Positions 12,338 through 26,300 of a stretch of DNA of 64,000 nucleotides are shown here, one piece after another. Positions within the stretch are counted from its first letter, which is position 1. Every line of letters begins with the position of its first letter. Location: contig NC_135256.1 of the NCBI RefSeq assembly GCF_964204865.1, forward strand, positions 19,220,001-19,284,000, read 5' to 3'. Source of the stretch: Styela clava (taxonomy: Eukaryota). The translations under genes and the position numbers were made by a program. The notes below the pieces were generated by a model. That model had not been told where the DNA came from. It worked only from the letters and a program-made list of their open reading frames with translations, and searched no databases.

Positions 12338-15300
12338 TTAGTTGATCTGTACTAAAAACGAAACTAATCTGTACTGAGTAATCGTAAGCCAAAAGCAGAC
12401 AGCCAAATGCAAAACAGGTTTCTCACCGTTTCCGCCGTCGTTATCATTACCACCATCATCATCAAATATCAAAACCAGCGCGTTTGAAATGGTTTGCGGA
12501 GAAGATTTTTTGGTGGTGAGAGGAATCTCATCGTCGTCGTCATCCTCGACATCTTGGTTATCACTATCATTCTTTGCTAAGTTAGCTCTAACAATAGAAT
12601 CGTACTCTAGAATTGATCTGTCAATATTATAATGGGTATATAAGTTATATATTATGTAATACAGTAATTTGTTTTGTAACTTTAAGTTCCACATATTTTT
12701 CATGTGAATAATAATTATTGAAATATTAGGAATAGATTCAAATAGATCAAATGAAGGCAACAATAAATTATGGAATATTAAATGACTTATTAGCGATGTC
12801 TCGTGAGGAGAGCATGTCAGAACGAAAACATACACAACAACGCATTGTTGATGTATTATATGACGAAGAACATTGCAAGTACTGAAATGGCGTACCCAGT
12901 AGCAAAGCCGTTCACAAAACAAAACATTTACCTGTTGAAGACAGCTGATAGAATATTACTGGCCTAACAGATTGGAGCGCATTTTGCAACAGTCGTTAAA
13001 TAAAAATGACATCGTCTGACGAACAACAGGAACAACAATGCATTTATTGAAACGTGAAAACTAGTGACATATCTTTTGTCTCTGAATGTTGAAGATACGC
13101 ATCCTTGATAACATCTCGTAGTATTTGATAAATCACACAGAAGTACAGAACACTGAAAAAAAAATTTGACTGTGTTTAATCTAGGGAACAAAAAAGGTAC
13201 AAGCACAGTTCCTTTTTTAAATTTCACAAACCTGTATATAAACTGCTGCATCTTCCTTCGAAGCAAGTAGTTTGTCTGCAAATTGAAACGCTTGTATGCT
13301 GAATCTGTTTTCAAGAGGATTATCTGATGAATATTTTTCCATCGTAGGATCCTCGAGACATCTGAGAAAATAATAGCCCACTATGTATGACGGAAACAGC
13401 TTAGTGCCTGTGTTATAAGTTTCATTCAATATAATAAATTTCAACCAAACGGCTGAATTTACAATATTTGCATAATAATTATTGACTGGTAATGAAATAA
13501 AAACTTCTTCCATCATTACTTGAATGATGAACCGCCTCAACCTTCAAATGATATGATCTTTGCATGACATAATATAAACCTTGTTCAGATATGTGCACTA
13601 AATGAACATTCACGAAATATATAAACAAATTACCCAGCTGATATAAAGGGATATTCTAAAGTTGTTGGAGTTATCGTCTCGGTTGAAAACGCTACGCATT
13701 CTTCTGTGAACAAAGTCAAATCGCCCCGCCCAACCGCTTGAAGTGCAAAGTATATGTCATCATCGATAGAAACTTCTACTGGGTATTCAGCTGGACTATA
13801 GGCTGTCTGAAAAATATGAAAAAAAAACGTTTGCTATGTCTTCGTGTAGAATTTGCAAGCTAAAAAATTGCGTTTGTATAATAATCTTGAGAATGGGACT
13901 CAATCTACGCTACATCATAATCAAGTACCAGCCTTGCACTCGTGTGTTCAGGTGTCTGTTGTCATTCGCAACTAAAATGTTGAGTCTGTCTGTGGGTTCA
14001 TCTGACTCTCACAATAACTGATATGAATTTCTTTAACATATTTTTACAAAACTTACCTTGAAACTTTCTGTACGGTAAATATCAAACGAAAACACAAATG
14101 TTCCCATTCCTTCAATAGAAACCTCATTTTGTACATTATCACCAGTAATCGGAACTTCAGGTACAAAAGATCCGGTTAAATTTGATGATGCTGGTAAAGT
14201 ACAAACAACTGATATCTGTACCCATTCACCTCTCGTTATGACAGAGCTGGATCCAGCAGTATCTTCTTTGTAGACATAAATGACGGCTGCATATTGGATG
14301 CCAGCGGCACTGGACTGCCAATGCAAATAGACTTTTATACTTCGAAGAAATGTTTTGAAGCCACATTAAAAATAATTGCACGGCTTCAGCATTAATTAAA
14401 AATTTGTATATTTTTTGATTGATTTTTTACAACAACCAATTGATATAGAATATAGATAGACTAAAACAAAGATATAACTCTTAGTGTCTAAATGGGAAAT
14501 GCTTCATCTATATGTGTATAATGCAGTATACTTTTTCGGTATGTACAGCCTCTAATAATAATTTTTATTTTTGAAGTTTCTTCCCCAGTACGCTTTCACG
14601 AAGGAAATACTCAGGCTTGCAATATATGAAAACTCCATGTTTATTGTCGAAAACTTCTTTTGAATTTGCGTATATTCAAACATAAAGCATAAAGAACATA
14701 TATATAGACGTCACATCAGTTTTACCTCAGTTGTCATTCCGCATTGCCCACTGGTCAATGAAAGATGCTGTTGGGAAGTTCCTCTGGTTGACTGACATTC
14801 TGAATTTAGATTATTGTGTTCTCCAGCAAATATAACTTCTTCTGATGCACAGTTTGCAATAGGTACTGATGTTCGTTGTAAGACCGTCACATTCCACCGT
14901 CGAGAAGGCTGTAAAAACGACAAAATGTCCTATACGATTTGACGTCACGCACTCGTTACCACATATTCCCGAACACTTGTAGCATGTGGCTTATTGCCGA
15001 TAGGCGAAAATTTTGGTTGGGAGGAAGATCTAAACAGCAAACCTACCGCTGTACTTGAATTTTGTTTTCGCATGCTTGAACAAACTGGTTTAAACTAGGA
15101 AAGACCGTTACATATGGTGCGAATCTTCAGGTATGTCAGATCGCTTTAAATATCACACACCAGAGATAGAGTAGCAAGAGAACGTTATTCTGTCATTTGC
15201 TTTCTCACATTAGTTTACAATAACACAAACGATGAGTGAGTGAACAAAACTAATATAAGTAGGGTGTGGTTACATTATACAGCCTATAGATTATTCGAAG

Positions 15301-16492
15301 ATATTATGAAATCACTTACGAAGACAAGTTCTGTCATTGTCGTGTATTGACCAACAATTTAAATCGCATAAGCAGCTGTGCGAGTTGGTATCAGTTATGC
15401 AAGTGTTACTGCACCCACCATAGTCGACATCGCATGGATCAATATTTACTGAATTAAAAAGAGCAATGAAATACCAAAAGATTACAATTCTAAAATTTTG
15501 TTCACCTACTGTTACTGGAGATATATTTTTACCAAAAACACTCACCAGTTACAGTTATAGTGAAACATCTTTGTTCAGAATGTAGCCTGAAAGAGTGTAA
15601 ATAGAAAACTCGTTAGAATCAAATATGTATTTTGGCGTTATATCAAAAGGATTTATTTTACCCTTTAGAATCCACTGCGTAGTAGCAAACTGTGTGATCG
15701 CATGATTGATCGGATGTTGCATCCCAAATCATGTTCGACGAAAAAAGATCGTTTCCATGATCAGTTATCTCGGACTGGTGCAACCCCAGAGGCCCAATGA
15801 CAACAAACTGTGTTATGCTGAATAGCGATTTTCGAAGATTATAAAGAGACGATTATAATGATTTCAAATGAAATATTGGACATCGAAAGTAGTCTTATTT
15901 ATTTCAAGCATTGTGTAAATCATATTGCTCGTGTTTGCTATTAAACTATGTCATATTTGCTATGCCATATTGGAACATATCGCTTTATTTCTGAAGGACA
16001 ATATCATCAAGATTTTTGTCAGTCTAATGAATTAGTCAGAATATATAAAAGTAGTTACATTTTTAACCAACCCATATACCAAACTTTAGAAATATTTTGT
16101 TCGAATCGAAAACATTACCTTCCTCCAGAACCGCTTGGGTACGCATAGAGGGTCTCGTTGAACGTTTCGGTATCAGATATTACGAAAGTTTCTCCGTCTT
16201 GAATAGAATATGGTGGATACGTTGGGTTTATGTTGCAAGACGCCGCCGATGATACTGAAAATCAAATTGTATATCAAATTTAATATTATCATGATCAAGG
16301 TTGATAATATTAAAAAATAAATCTTACTATCAATGATAAATTGTAGAGGAATTTTACTGAGCACATTTGATGTTGTAATGGTGCTTCCATCAACAGTTAT
16401 TGTTTGTTTTGGATGATCCTCTACCATCAAAGCAATTGCGACCAAGTAGTATCCTCCACCTCACCTCCATTATACTCAAGTTTACAGGTTTT
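12338..16492 (-). pseudogene. Partial duplicate (exons 5-15) of the EGF-ZP gene
   Basis: Lacks exons 1-4. Carries a +5 nt tandem insertion (acctc, ~16458-16467) causing an early stop, a +4 nt difference at 14861-14864 in the ZP-N exon, and an exon-14 donor GT>AT change at 13072. Confidence 0.85.
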
Positions 16493-19400
16493 CTCAAAAA
16501 CAAAACAAATGGTCTAAATTTACTTCGGTCAAATTGGATTACTTTAATGTATGGAAAATTGGGCTGAAATTAGAAGCAATACCACAAGTTACCAATAATA
16601 TCGCATATAGCTCGCCTGGTCGTAACTTAAACTTGACCAATTTGCAGATGTACTTAAAACGATAAATAAGGAAAATTTCAAAAATGCATGCTTGTTCTAG
16701 CTAAAAAAAAAAGAATGGATTTATTCCTTCATGAAGGAAATCGGAAAGGAATACAGCCTCTTAAAAATATATCTCAGAGCAATGCTCAAGAATGAAAGAT
16801 GCTGGTTTTTTGAATGATAAATTGAAGCCATCTTTCCGAAAATATCGAAACCATGCCGCTTAAGTCTGCGACTTAAAGGGTACAACAAAAATCAATTGAA
16901 TGATCCAATCTTATGAACGACTGGCACAACAATAGAAAAAACTTTCAGCCAGCTCATGTCGATCATAAACTAACCACCCTTGTGTACAAGCAAGTAATAC
17001 ATCCATATGTGAAACACAGTATGGGTTTTTTAAATTAACTGCAAAAATTCAGTTCAGCCCGAATCTGTACTACCAGTAGTTAGCATGGTCGTGGCTTCTT
17101 CTTTGGACGATGAATCGTCTCCACAACGACGATATATAAGATGTGCGACACTGTCTTTAGAATTGCAAAAAAAGACACACGAGAAACACATTGTATACTG
17201 TAGTATAATCAGCCAATTATTTCTTATAAACAACAACTTTATATTTGACGAGAAACATTGTCTTCAAATTGAAGGAAGAGTAATGGAAGAGTAAGCCAAC
17301 ATGGGCATAACCTAGAACCATTGAAAAAAGGTCTATCAAACCACAGTATAATTGCCGCTTCATTGATGATCGTTTCCTTTTTTTATTACATGGCAAAGGA
17401 AAGCATTTATAATTTGTTACCCATGCACTGGGGTGGCAAATCACTGGTCCACGGGTCACGAAAATAACCCACCGTGTGATCTGCCAAGTCACGAATTAAC
17501 CCCAAAAACATACTCAACTTTGAATCTATTCTTTTGAACAAATTCCTAGATATAGCAAGGAAGATGACTAAATAACAAGACAATAACGATTAAGAATTTT
17601 TCTGTGTTTAAGCAAAGCAAATATTTGGCGCAAGTTATCTAGCACTTTTCACATCCGCCTATCCTAAATTATGATTAAATGTGCTTAGCTCTATTTTGGT
17701 AAGCTGTCACGCGACACTTTGTTTAAACAACTTATCACAGTATTCAAATGAGTAAAAAACTTTTTAAGTTTTATGTGTTGAGTGTTTGAACTGAAAGATC
17801 GAGAAAGATCAATTTAAGCAGTGGGTAGTAAGTATGGCCAAGCCATAGACTTGCGTAAGTGTATTTTTCCATCCAAGAAATAGCAATGTACAATCACTCC
17901 CATGGATGGCAGACCTCTTGATTAATGGATCAAAAACTTTTTTTGTGTGTTAAAGTAAGACTGTAGGTAATGTATATTTGAAGTATGTCTGCATCATTTT
18001 GAAAATTGCTGTTGCATCTTTGCCTCAAGTCTTAATCCTTGATTTTGCGTAATTTTGTGCTTTACACATACTGCAATTATGTCATAGCCAAAATTCGTGC
18101 TACTCAATTATACGAAATTCATGTTTGATAACATGAGTTCACATGCATATAGAATGCCGAAAAACTTTTACACTGCTACGGCACGATTTTTTAAAATAGT
18201 TTAGAAAGTTTTCCACTCTGAGATATTTTCGAACGGCGTTCGTCCGCTTTATATTCATAATCATCCAATTCCAGTTTTCTGCAATTGTTCTTTTTCAGTT
18301 TTCAACAGCGTTTATTCAAGTTTGTAAAATTTCGTTTTTTAAACGGCTTTTTAGATACGAGGAAAAAGAATATACTGCATCAGGTTCTCGTATATCCCTA
18401 AAAACATTCCCTTTGTTCACTCAAATGTTTGTGTATATTTTGCATAAATTCGTGACTCGGCGGGACTTACATTCAGAAATTCAAATCGTCTTTTAATACT
18501 ATTCTATTCTATACCTACATACTCTAATATGTGTATTTTAAAATTATAAAAAGTCATTTCTGATGACGTGATAAACAAAAAGCACTCGTGTTATCATATC
18601 ATAACTGAACGTTACCTCTTTCAACAATTCGTTAAAGTCATTAAGAACCTCAAGTTTGCCAATTGTTTGAAAAAGAACCCTTTCAGATCTCTCTTACCAG
18701 CAACAAACATTTTTATCGTGCGACCTTGATGATAAAACTTTTGTCAGATGAAAGAAAAATCCCACAGCATGCAAACTTATTTGCGGAGAGTAATGATAAA
18801 TAGACATCTCATGATTCACGTTCCAAAACAACCAACCACTTGTCTATTCGGATTACGTGAGGCTCATCGTTTGGTTCAAATGATTTACGGTCAGATACCA
18901 TGTCTTAATAATCTTCTGCTGAAAAAGCATTAAAACTTTTTCTAACAGTTTCTATCAGGTAAATATTAATAAAATATTCAAGTTTGCTTGTTTATTTAAA
19001 TGATAATGACTACAGGGCAAATTTTAATCAGTAACGTGGACGTGCTGACGTGAATGAAATAACCATCAGTGACAGCACATTTTTGCTGACGTTGTGGTAA
19101 CTGAGAACGCTCTTCCTATAGTCCGAAAGAATTGTTGCGAAGTTCTTTATTTTATTCAAACTCGCTGATATGATTCTAGCCAACTATATATTCTAGAAAA
19201 TGCAGTACTTTCTCAAGGCAGAGACCTATATCAGCTGTGATTTTAACAGTGTCCACTGACCAGGATTATGGTTGCCACAATACTCTCTTCGGGGCCATTA
19301 GGAGAAGCCCAAATATTTGCCCCCGGAACGGAATCATACAGTGTTGGGGAGACGCAAGTCACCTTTAATCAGCCCAAAACACACCAAAGATGAATAACTT

Positions 19401-20378
19401 AAAGTATATATATCAGCCAGTCTGTTTCAGGTATTTTATTGTCACTAAAATTACCTAATTTGATTGGTTTTAAATGCCACAATAACTACGTAAATTATGT
19501 GCTCAATACGATATAATTATAATATTAATTACTCCAATCGGTGGAAAATAATAACTCCGAGCAAAAATGCGATCCACGCCGTTGTGACTGCTTTTCTTTT
19601 ACTTCCTGCAATAAATAAATGAAATAATTAGATGTTTGTTTATTTTGACCAACCTCAAACTATAAGGTATTTTAAGTGGTCTCTACTATGAATATCTCAG
19701 CTAAGCAAAGCTGCACAAACAAATTGTTGCGAGGGAGAATGTGCTCTGGACCCTTGTGGGTCCACGAATCCCACTTGATTCAAATGTTAAATCCCGGCAA
19801 TTTATGAGACCAAATTGGTATGTATATTGCTAGCAACTATCAGCAGCAGTAATTGCATCAGTATAACTTATGAATCAATGAATACGGGATAAAAATAATT
19901 TTACTTTTGAATGGTTCCTGTTATATTCTGGAAGGATGTAAATAAATTCGCAAAAGGTTATACGGCATTAAATTTAAACAAAACAACAAATTTACAAGCT
20001 TCATTTTTTAATATATAGAAGATTGTTAGGTTATTATTATTGAATTTTTTATATTCGATTTTGATGATAACGAGGCCGGAATGAACTTTCTTTAAGCAAA
20101 GAGAAGTTGTCAAACTGAGTAAGGGACTTTTCTTATCAGGAACTGGTATCAAAATAAAAAAAATTAATTTCGGAACGGGATTGCGAGTCGGGCCAAATCA
20201 AATTTCGTCCGGTAGTCAGTATGCTTGTATTTAGAAAACATGGAACAGAAAAGCCAATCAAACGCATAATCAAATTTAATACCATTTGATATTTCACAAT
20301 TATGCTCATCTAAATTTCACTTACTGAATGAAACAACCTATTAAAATTAAATATTTTATGGCGTTAGTTCTATTGTTA

Positions 20379-23300
20379 TTAGTTGATCTGTACTAAAAAC
20401 GAAACTAATCTGTACTGAGTAATCGTAAGCCAAAAGCAGACAGCCAAATGCAAAACAGGTTTCTCACCGTTTCCGCCGTCGTTATCATTACCACCATCAT
20501 CATCAAATATCAAAACCAGCGCGTTTGAAATGGTTTGCGGAGAAGATTCTTTGGTGGTGAGAGGAATCTCATCGTCGTCGTCATCCTCGACATCTTGGTT
20601 ATCACTATCATTCTTTGCTAAGTTAGCTCTAACAATAGAATCGTGCTGTAGAATTGATCTGTCAATATTATAATGGGTATATAAGTTATATATTATGTAA
20701 TACAGTAATTTGTTTTGTAACTTTAAGTTCCACATATTTTTCATGTATATAATAATTATTGAAATATTAGGAATAGATTCAAATAGATCAAATGAAGGCA
20801 ACAATAAATTATGGAATATTAAATGACTTATTAGCGATGTCTCATGACGAGAGCATGTCAGAACGAAAACATACACAACAACGCATTGTTGATGTATTAT
20901 ATGACGAAGAACATTGCAAGTACTGAAATGGCGTACCCAGTAGCAAAGCCGTTCACAAAATAAAACATTTACCTGTTGAAGACAGCTGATAGAATATTAC
21001 TGGCCTAACAGAATGGAGCGCAACAGTCGTTAAATAAAAATGACATCGCCTGACGAACAACAGGAACAACAATGCATTTATTGAAACGTGAAAACTAGTG
21101 ACATACCTTTTGTCTCTGAATGTTGAAGATACGCATCCTTGATAACATCTCGTAGTATTTGATAAATCACACAGAAGTACAGAACACTGAAAAAAAAAAT
21201 GACTGTGTTTAATCTAGGGAACAAAAAAGGTACAAGAACAGTTCCTTTTTTAAATTTCACAAACCTGTATATAAACTGCTGCATCTTCCTTCGAAGCAAG
21301 TAGTTTGTCTGCAAATTGAAACGCTTGTATGCTGAATCTGTTTTCAAGAGGATTATCTGATGAATATTTTTCCATCGTAGGATCCTCGAGACATCTGAGA
21401 AAATAATAGCCCACTATGTATGACGGAAACAGCTTAGTGCCTGTGTTATAAGTTTCATTCAATATAATAAATTTCAACCAAACGGCTGAATTTACAATAT
21501 TTGCATAATAATTATTGACTGGTAATGAAATAAAAACTTCTTCCATCATTACTTGAATGATGAACCGCCTCAACCTTCAAATGATATGATCTTTGCATGA
21601 CATAATATAAACCTTGTTCAGATATGTGCACTAAATGAACATTCACGAAATATATAAACAAATTACCCAGCTGATATAAAGGGATATTCTAAAGTTGTTG
21701 GAGTTATCGTCTCGGTTGAAAACGCTACGCATTCTTCTGTGAACAAAGTCAAATCGCCCCGCCCAACCGCTTGAAGTGCAAAGTATATGTCATCATCGAT
21801 AGAAACTTCTACTGGGTATTCAGCTGGACTATAGGCTGTCTGAAAAATATGAAAGAAAACGTTTGCTATGTCTTCGTGTAGAATTTGCAAGCTAAAAAAT
21901 TGCGTTTGTATAATAATCTTGAGAATGGGACTCAATCTACGCTACATCATAATCAAGTACCAGCCTTGCACTCGTGTGTTCGGGTGTCTGTTGTCATTCG
22001 CAACTAAAACGTTGACCGTCTGTGGGTTCCTCTGACTCTCACAATAACTGATATGAATTTCTTTAACATATTTTTACAAAACTTACCGTGAAACTTTCTG
22101 TTCGGTAAATATCAAACGAAAACACAAATGTTCCCATTCCTTCAATAGAAACCTCATTTTGTACATTATCACCAGTAATCGGAACTTCAGGTACAAAAGA
22201 TCCGGTTAAATTTGATGATGCTGGTAAAGTACAAACAACTGATATCTGTACCCATTCACCTCTCGTTATGACAGAGCTGGATCCAGCAGTATCTTCTTTG
22301 TAGACATAAATGACGGTTGCATATTGGATGCCAGCGGCACTGGACTGCCAACGCAAATAGACTTTTATACTTCAAAGAAATGTTTCGAAGCCAGATTAAA
22401 AATTATTGCACGGCTTCAGCAGTAAATAAAAAATTGTATATTTTTCGATTGATTTTTTACAACAACCAATCGATATAGAATATAGATAGACTAAAGCAAA
22501 GATATAACTCTTAGTGTCTAGATGGGAAATGCTTCATCTATATATGTTCCGGTCCCAGTACGCTTTCACGAAGGAAATACTCAGGCTTGCAATATATGAA
22601 AACTCCATGTTTATTGTCAAAAAATTCTTTTGAATTTGCGTAAAGAACATATAGACGTCACATCAGTTTTACCTCAGTTGTCATTCCGCATTGTCCACTG
22701 GTCAATGAAAGATGCTGTTGGGAAGCTCCTCTGGTTGACTGACATTCTGAATTTAGATTATTGTGTTCTCCAGCAAATATAACTTCTTCCGATGCACAGT
22801 TTGCAATACTGATGTTCGTTGTAAGACCGTCACATTCAACCGTCGAGAAGGCTGTAAAAACGACAAAATGTCCAATACGATTTGACGCCACGCACTCGTT
22901 ACCACATATTCCCGAACACTTGTAGCATGTGACTGACTTATTGCCGATAGGCGAAAATTTTGGTTGGGAGGAAGATCTAAACAGCAAACCTACCGCTGTA
23001 CTTGAATTTTGTTTTCGCATGCTTGAACAAATTGGTTTAAACTAGGAGACCGTTACATATGGGGCAAATCTTCAGGTATATTAGATCGCTTTAAATATCA
23101 CACACCAGAGATAGAGTAGCAAGAGAACGCTATTCTGTCATTTGCTTTCTCACATTAGTTAACAATAACGCAAACGATGTGTGAGTGAACAAAACTAATA
23201 TAAGTAGGATGTGGTTACATTATACAGCCTATAGATTATTCGAAGATATTATAAAATCACTTACGAAGACAAGTTCTGTCATTGTCGTGTATTGACCAAC

Positions 23301-26300
23301 AATTTAAATCGCATAAGCAGCTGTGCGAGTTGGTATCAGTTATGCAAGTGTCACTGCACCCACCGTTGTCGACATCGCATGGATCAATATTTACTGAATT
23401 AAAAAGAGCAATGAAATATCAAAAGAGTACAATACTAAAATTTTGTTTACCTACTGTTACTGGAGATATATTTTTACCAAAAACACTCACCAGTTACAGT
23501 TATAGTGAAACATCTTTGTTCAGAATGTAGCCTGAAAGAGTGTAAATAGAAAACTCGTTAGAATCAAATATGTATTTTGGCGTTATATCAAAAGGATCTA
23601 TTTTACCCTTTAGAATCCACTGCGTAGTAGCAAACTGTGTGATCGCCTGATTGATCGGATGTTGCATCCCAAATCATGTTCGACGAAAAAAGATCGTTTC
23701 CATTATCAGTTATCTCGGACTGGTGCAACCCCAGAGGCCCAATGACAACAAACTGTGTTATGCTGAATAGAGATTTTTGAAGATTATAAAGAGACGATTC
23801 TAATGATTCCATTAAAATATTGGACATCGAAAGTAGTCTATTTCATTTCAAGCATTGTGTAAACGGTCATATTACTCGTGTTTGCTATTAAATTATGTCG
23901 TATTAGCTATGCCCTATTGGAACATTATTACATTGTTTTATTTATTTCTGAAGGACAATATCATCAAGCTTTTTGTCAGTCTAATGAATTAGTCAGAATA
24001 TATAAAAGTAGTTACATTTTTAACCAACCCATATACCAAACTTTAGAATTATTTTGTTCGAATCGAAAACATTACCTTCCTCCAGAAACGCTTGGGTACG
24101 CATAGAGGGTCTCGTTGAACGTTTCGGTATCAGATATTACGAAAGTTTCTCCGTCTTGAATAGAATATGGTGGATACGTTGGGTTTATGTTGCAAGACGA
24201 CGCCGATGATACTGAAAATCAAATTGTATATCAGTTCTAATATTATCATGATCAAGGTTGATAATATTAAAAAAATAAATCTTACTATCAATGATAAATT
24301 GTAGAGGAATTTTACTGAGCACATTTGACGTTGTGATGGTGCTTCCATCAACAGTTATTGTTTGTTTTGGATGATCCTCTAACATCAAAGCAATTGCGAC
24401 CAAGTAGTATCCTCCACCTCCATTATACTCAAGTGTACAGGTTTTCTCAAAAACAAAACAAATGGTCTAAATTTACTTCGGCCAAATTGGATTACTTCAA
24501 TGTATGGAAAATTGAGCTGAAATAAGAAGCAATACCACAAGTTACCAATAATGTCGCATATAGCTCGCCTGGTCGTAACTCAAACTTGACCATTTTGCAG
24601 ATGTACTTAAAACGATAAATAAGGAAAATTTCAAAAATGCATGCTTGTTCTAGCTAAAAAAAAGAATGGATTTATTCCTTCATAAAGGAAATCGGAAAGG
24701 AATACAGCATCTCAAAAAATATATCTCAGAGCAATGCTCAAGAAGGAAAGATGCTGGTTTTTTGAATGATAAATTGAAGCAATCTTTCCGAAAATATCGA
24801 AACCATGCCGCTTAAGTCTGTGACTTAAAAGGTACAACAAAAATCAACCGAATGGTGCAATCTTATGAACGACTGGCACAACAATAGAAAAACTTTCAGC
24901 CAGCTCATGTCGATTATAAACTGACCACCCTTGTGTACAAGCAAGTAATACATCCATATGTGAAACACAGTATGGATTTTTTAATTTAACTGCAAAAATT
25001 CAGTTCAGCCCGAATCTATACTACCGGTAGTTAGCATGGACGTGGCTTCTCCTTTGGACGATGAATCGTCTCCACAACGGCGATATATAAGACGTGCGAC
25101 ACTATCTTTAGAATTGCAAAAAAAGACAGACGAGAAACACATTGTGTACTGTAGTATAATCAGCCAATCATTTCTTATAAACAACAACCATATATTTGAC
25201 GAGAAATATTGTCTTGAAGGAAGAGTAATGGAAGAGTAAGCCAACATGGGCATAACCTAGAACCATTGAAAAAAGGACTATCAAACCACAGTATGATTGC
25301 CGCTTCATTGATGACCGTTTCCTTTTTTTATTACATGGCAAAGGAAAGCATTTATATCTTGTTACCCATGCACTGGGGTGGCAAATCACTGGTCCACGGG
25401 TCACGAAAATAACCCACCGTGTGATCTGCCAAGTCACGAATTAACCCCAAAAACATACTCAAATTCAGTGATAAAATTGATGATAAACTCGGCTTTAATT
25501 CAAACCAACAACATACCATAGCAGTGGTTCTCAAACTTTTTAAGCCGCGCCCCCTTTTTTAGAGTTCTTATGGTCTGGCGCCCCACCTCAAAAACAACCA
25601 GCTAACAATAAGCAACAAATAACAGATAGTAAGGCGAAGGTATGTTTTATTCAACAAACACGTTGGAAATACGTGGATGGAATGTAAAGCGCAATAGCTC
25701 TCTACAATCTCTTAACAATAAAAACGTGTATATATCCAAAAGTAACGAGCAAGATCAAATCTAACAAATATTTTTATTTAGCTTCACGCCCCGTCAAAAA
25801 ATTGTCTACGCCCTCTTGTGGGGCCCGCCCCTTCGTTTACAAATCAATGTACTATAGTATTTCAGTATGCAGCTACTGGCAACAATACTGTTACAACGTT
25901 TAGGACATAACAAAACAATTGATCTATTCATTCCTTGCAAAGTTCCCTTACGGAGTTAGATGAACCAGAGGGGTCCGCAGAATGTTTTGGAGGTATACAT
26001 GAATTAGATACTACTTTGGAGTTCGTTTTTCACAGCGTTCAATGTCGTCAAACAACAAAATTGACTTCAATAAACGACCACGGATATCTAAAATAACAAA
26101 ACCTATCGAATAATATAATTCTCTCAGAGTAGAAATATTTTGAAACAATGAAAGATTTGTCGTATCATTATAAGTGTTTTTGTTGATTTGTATGCATTTG
26201 TATGCGAACCTGTGTTTTGGCACGTGAGTTTCATAAAGTCAAATACGAGTTTTGACATAAATGCTGTACGCGTATGCTCAAAACTACAAAATACCTACCA

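Larger units (their letters stand above)
3051..25462. repeat. Tandem segmental duplication: unit 17519-25462 (~7.9 kb) and expanded copy 3051-17517
   Basis: Near-identical sequence and repeated ORF pairs in the track (12338/20379, 13217/21250, 14033/22063). The junction at ~17518 joins intron-4 sequence (catactcaa) to tttgaatc..ttcttttgaacaaa, which also occurs at 3051. Confidence 0.92.

Noticed and set aside
16890-17000. Possible hAT dimerisation-domain remnant (TTGTTIEKTFSQLMSII) in intron 4, also at ~24850-24940
   Set aside because: Short, stop-interrupted and only loosely similar; not supportable without a profile search.
20973-21004. Possible 32-nt micro-exon with AG/GT borders in the last intron
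   Set aside because: Including it shifts the last exon into a frame that stops after about 13 codons; direct splicing of exon 14 to 15 gives RDKR-SILQ and the full tail.
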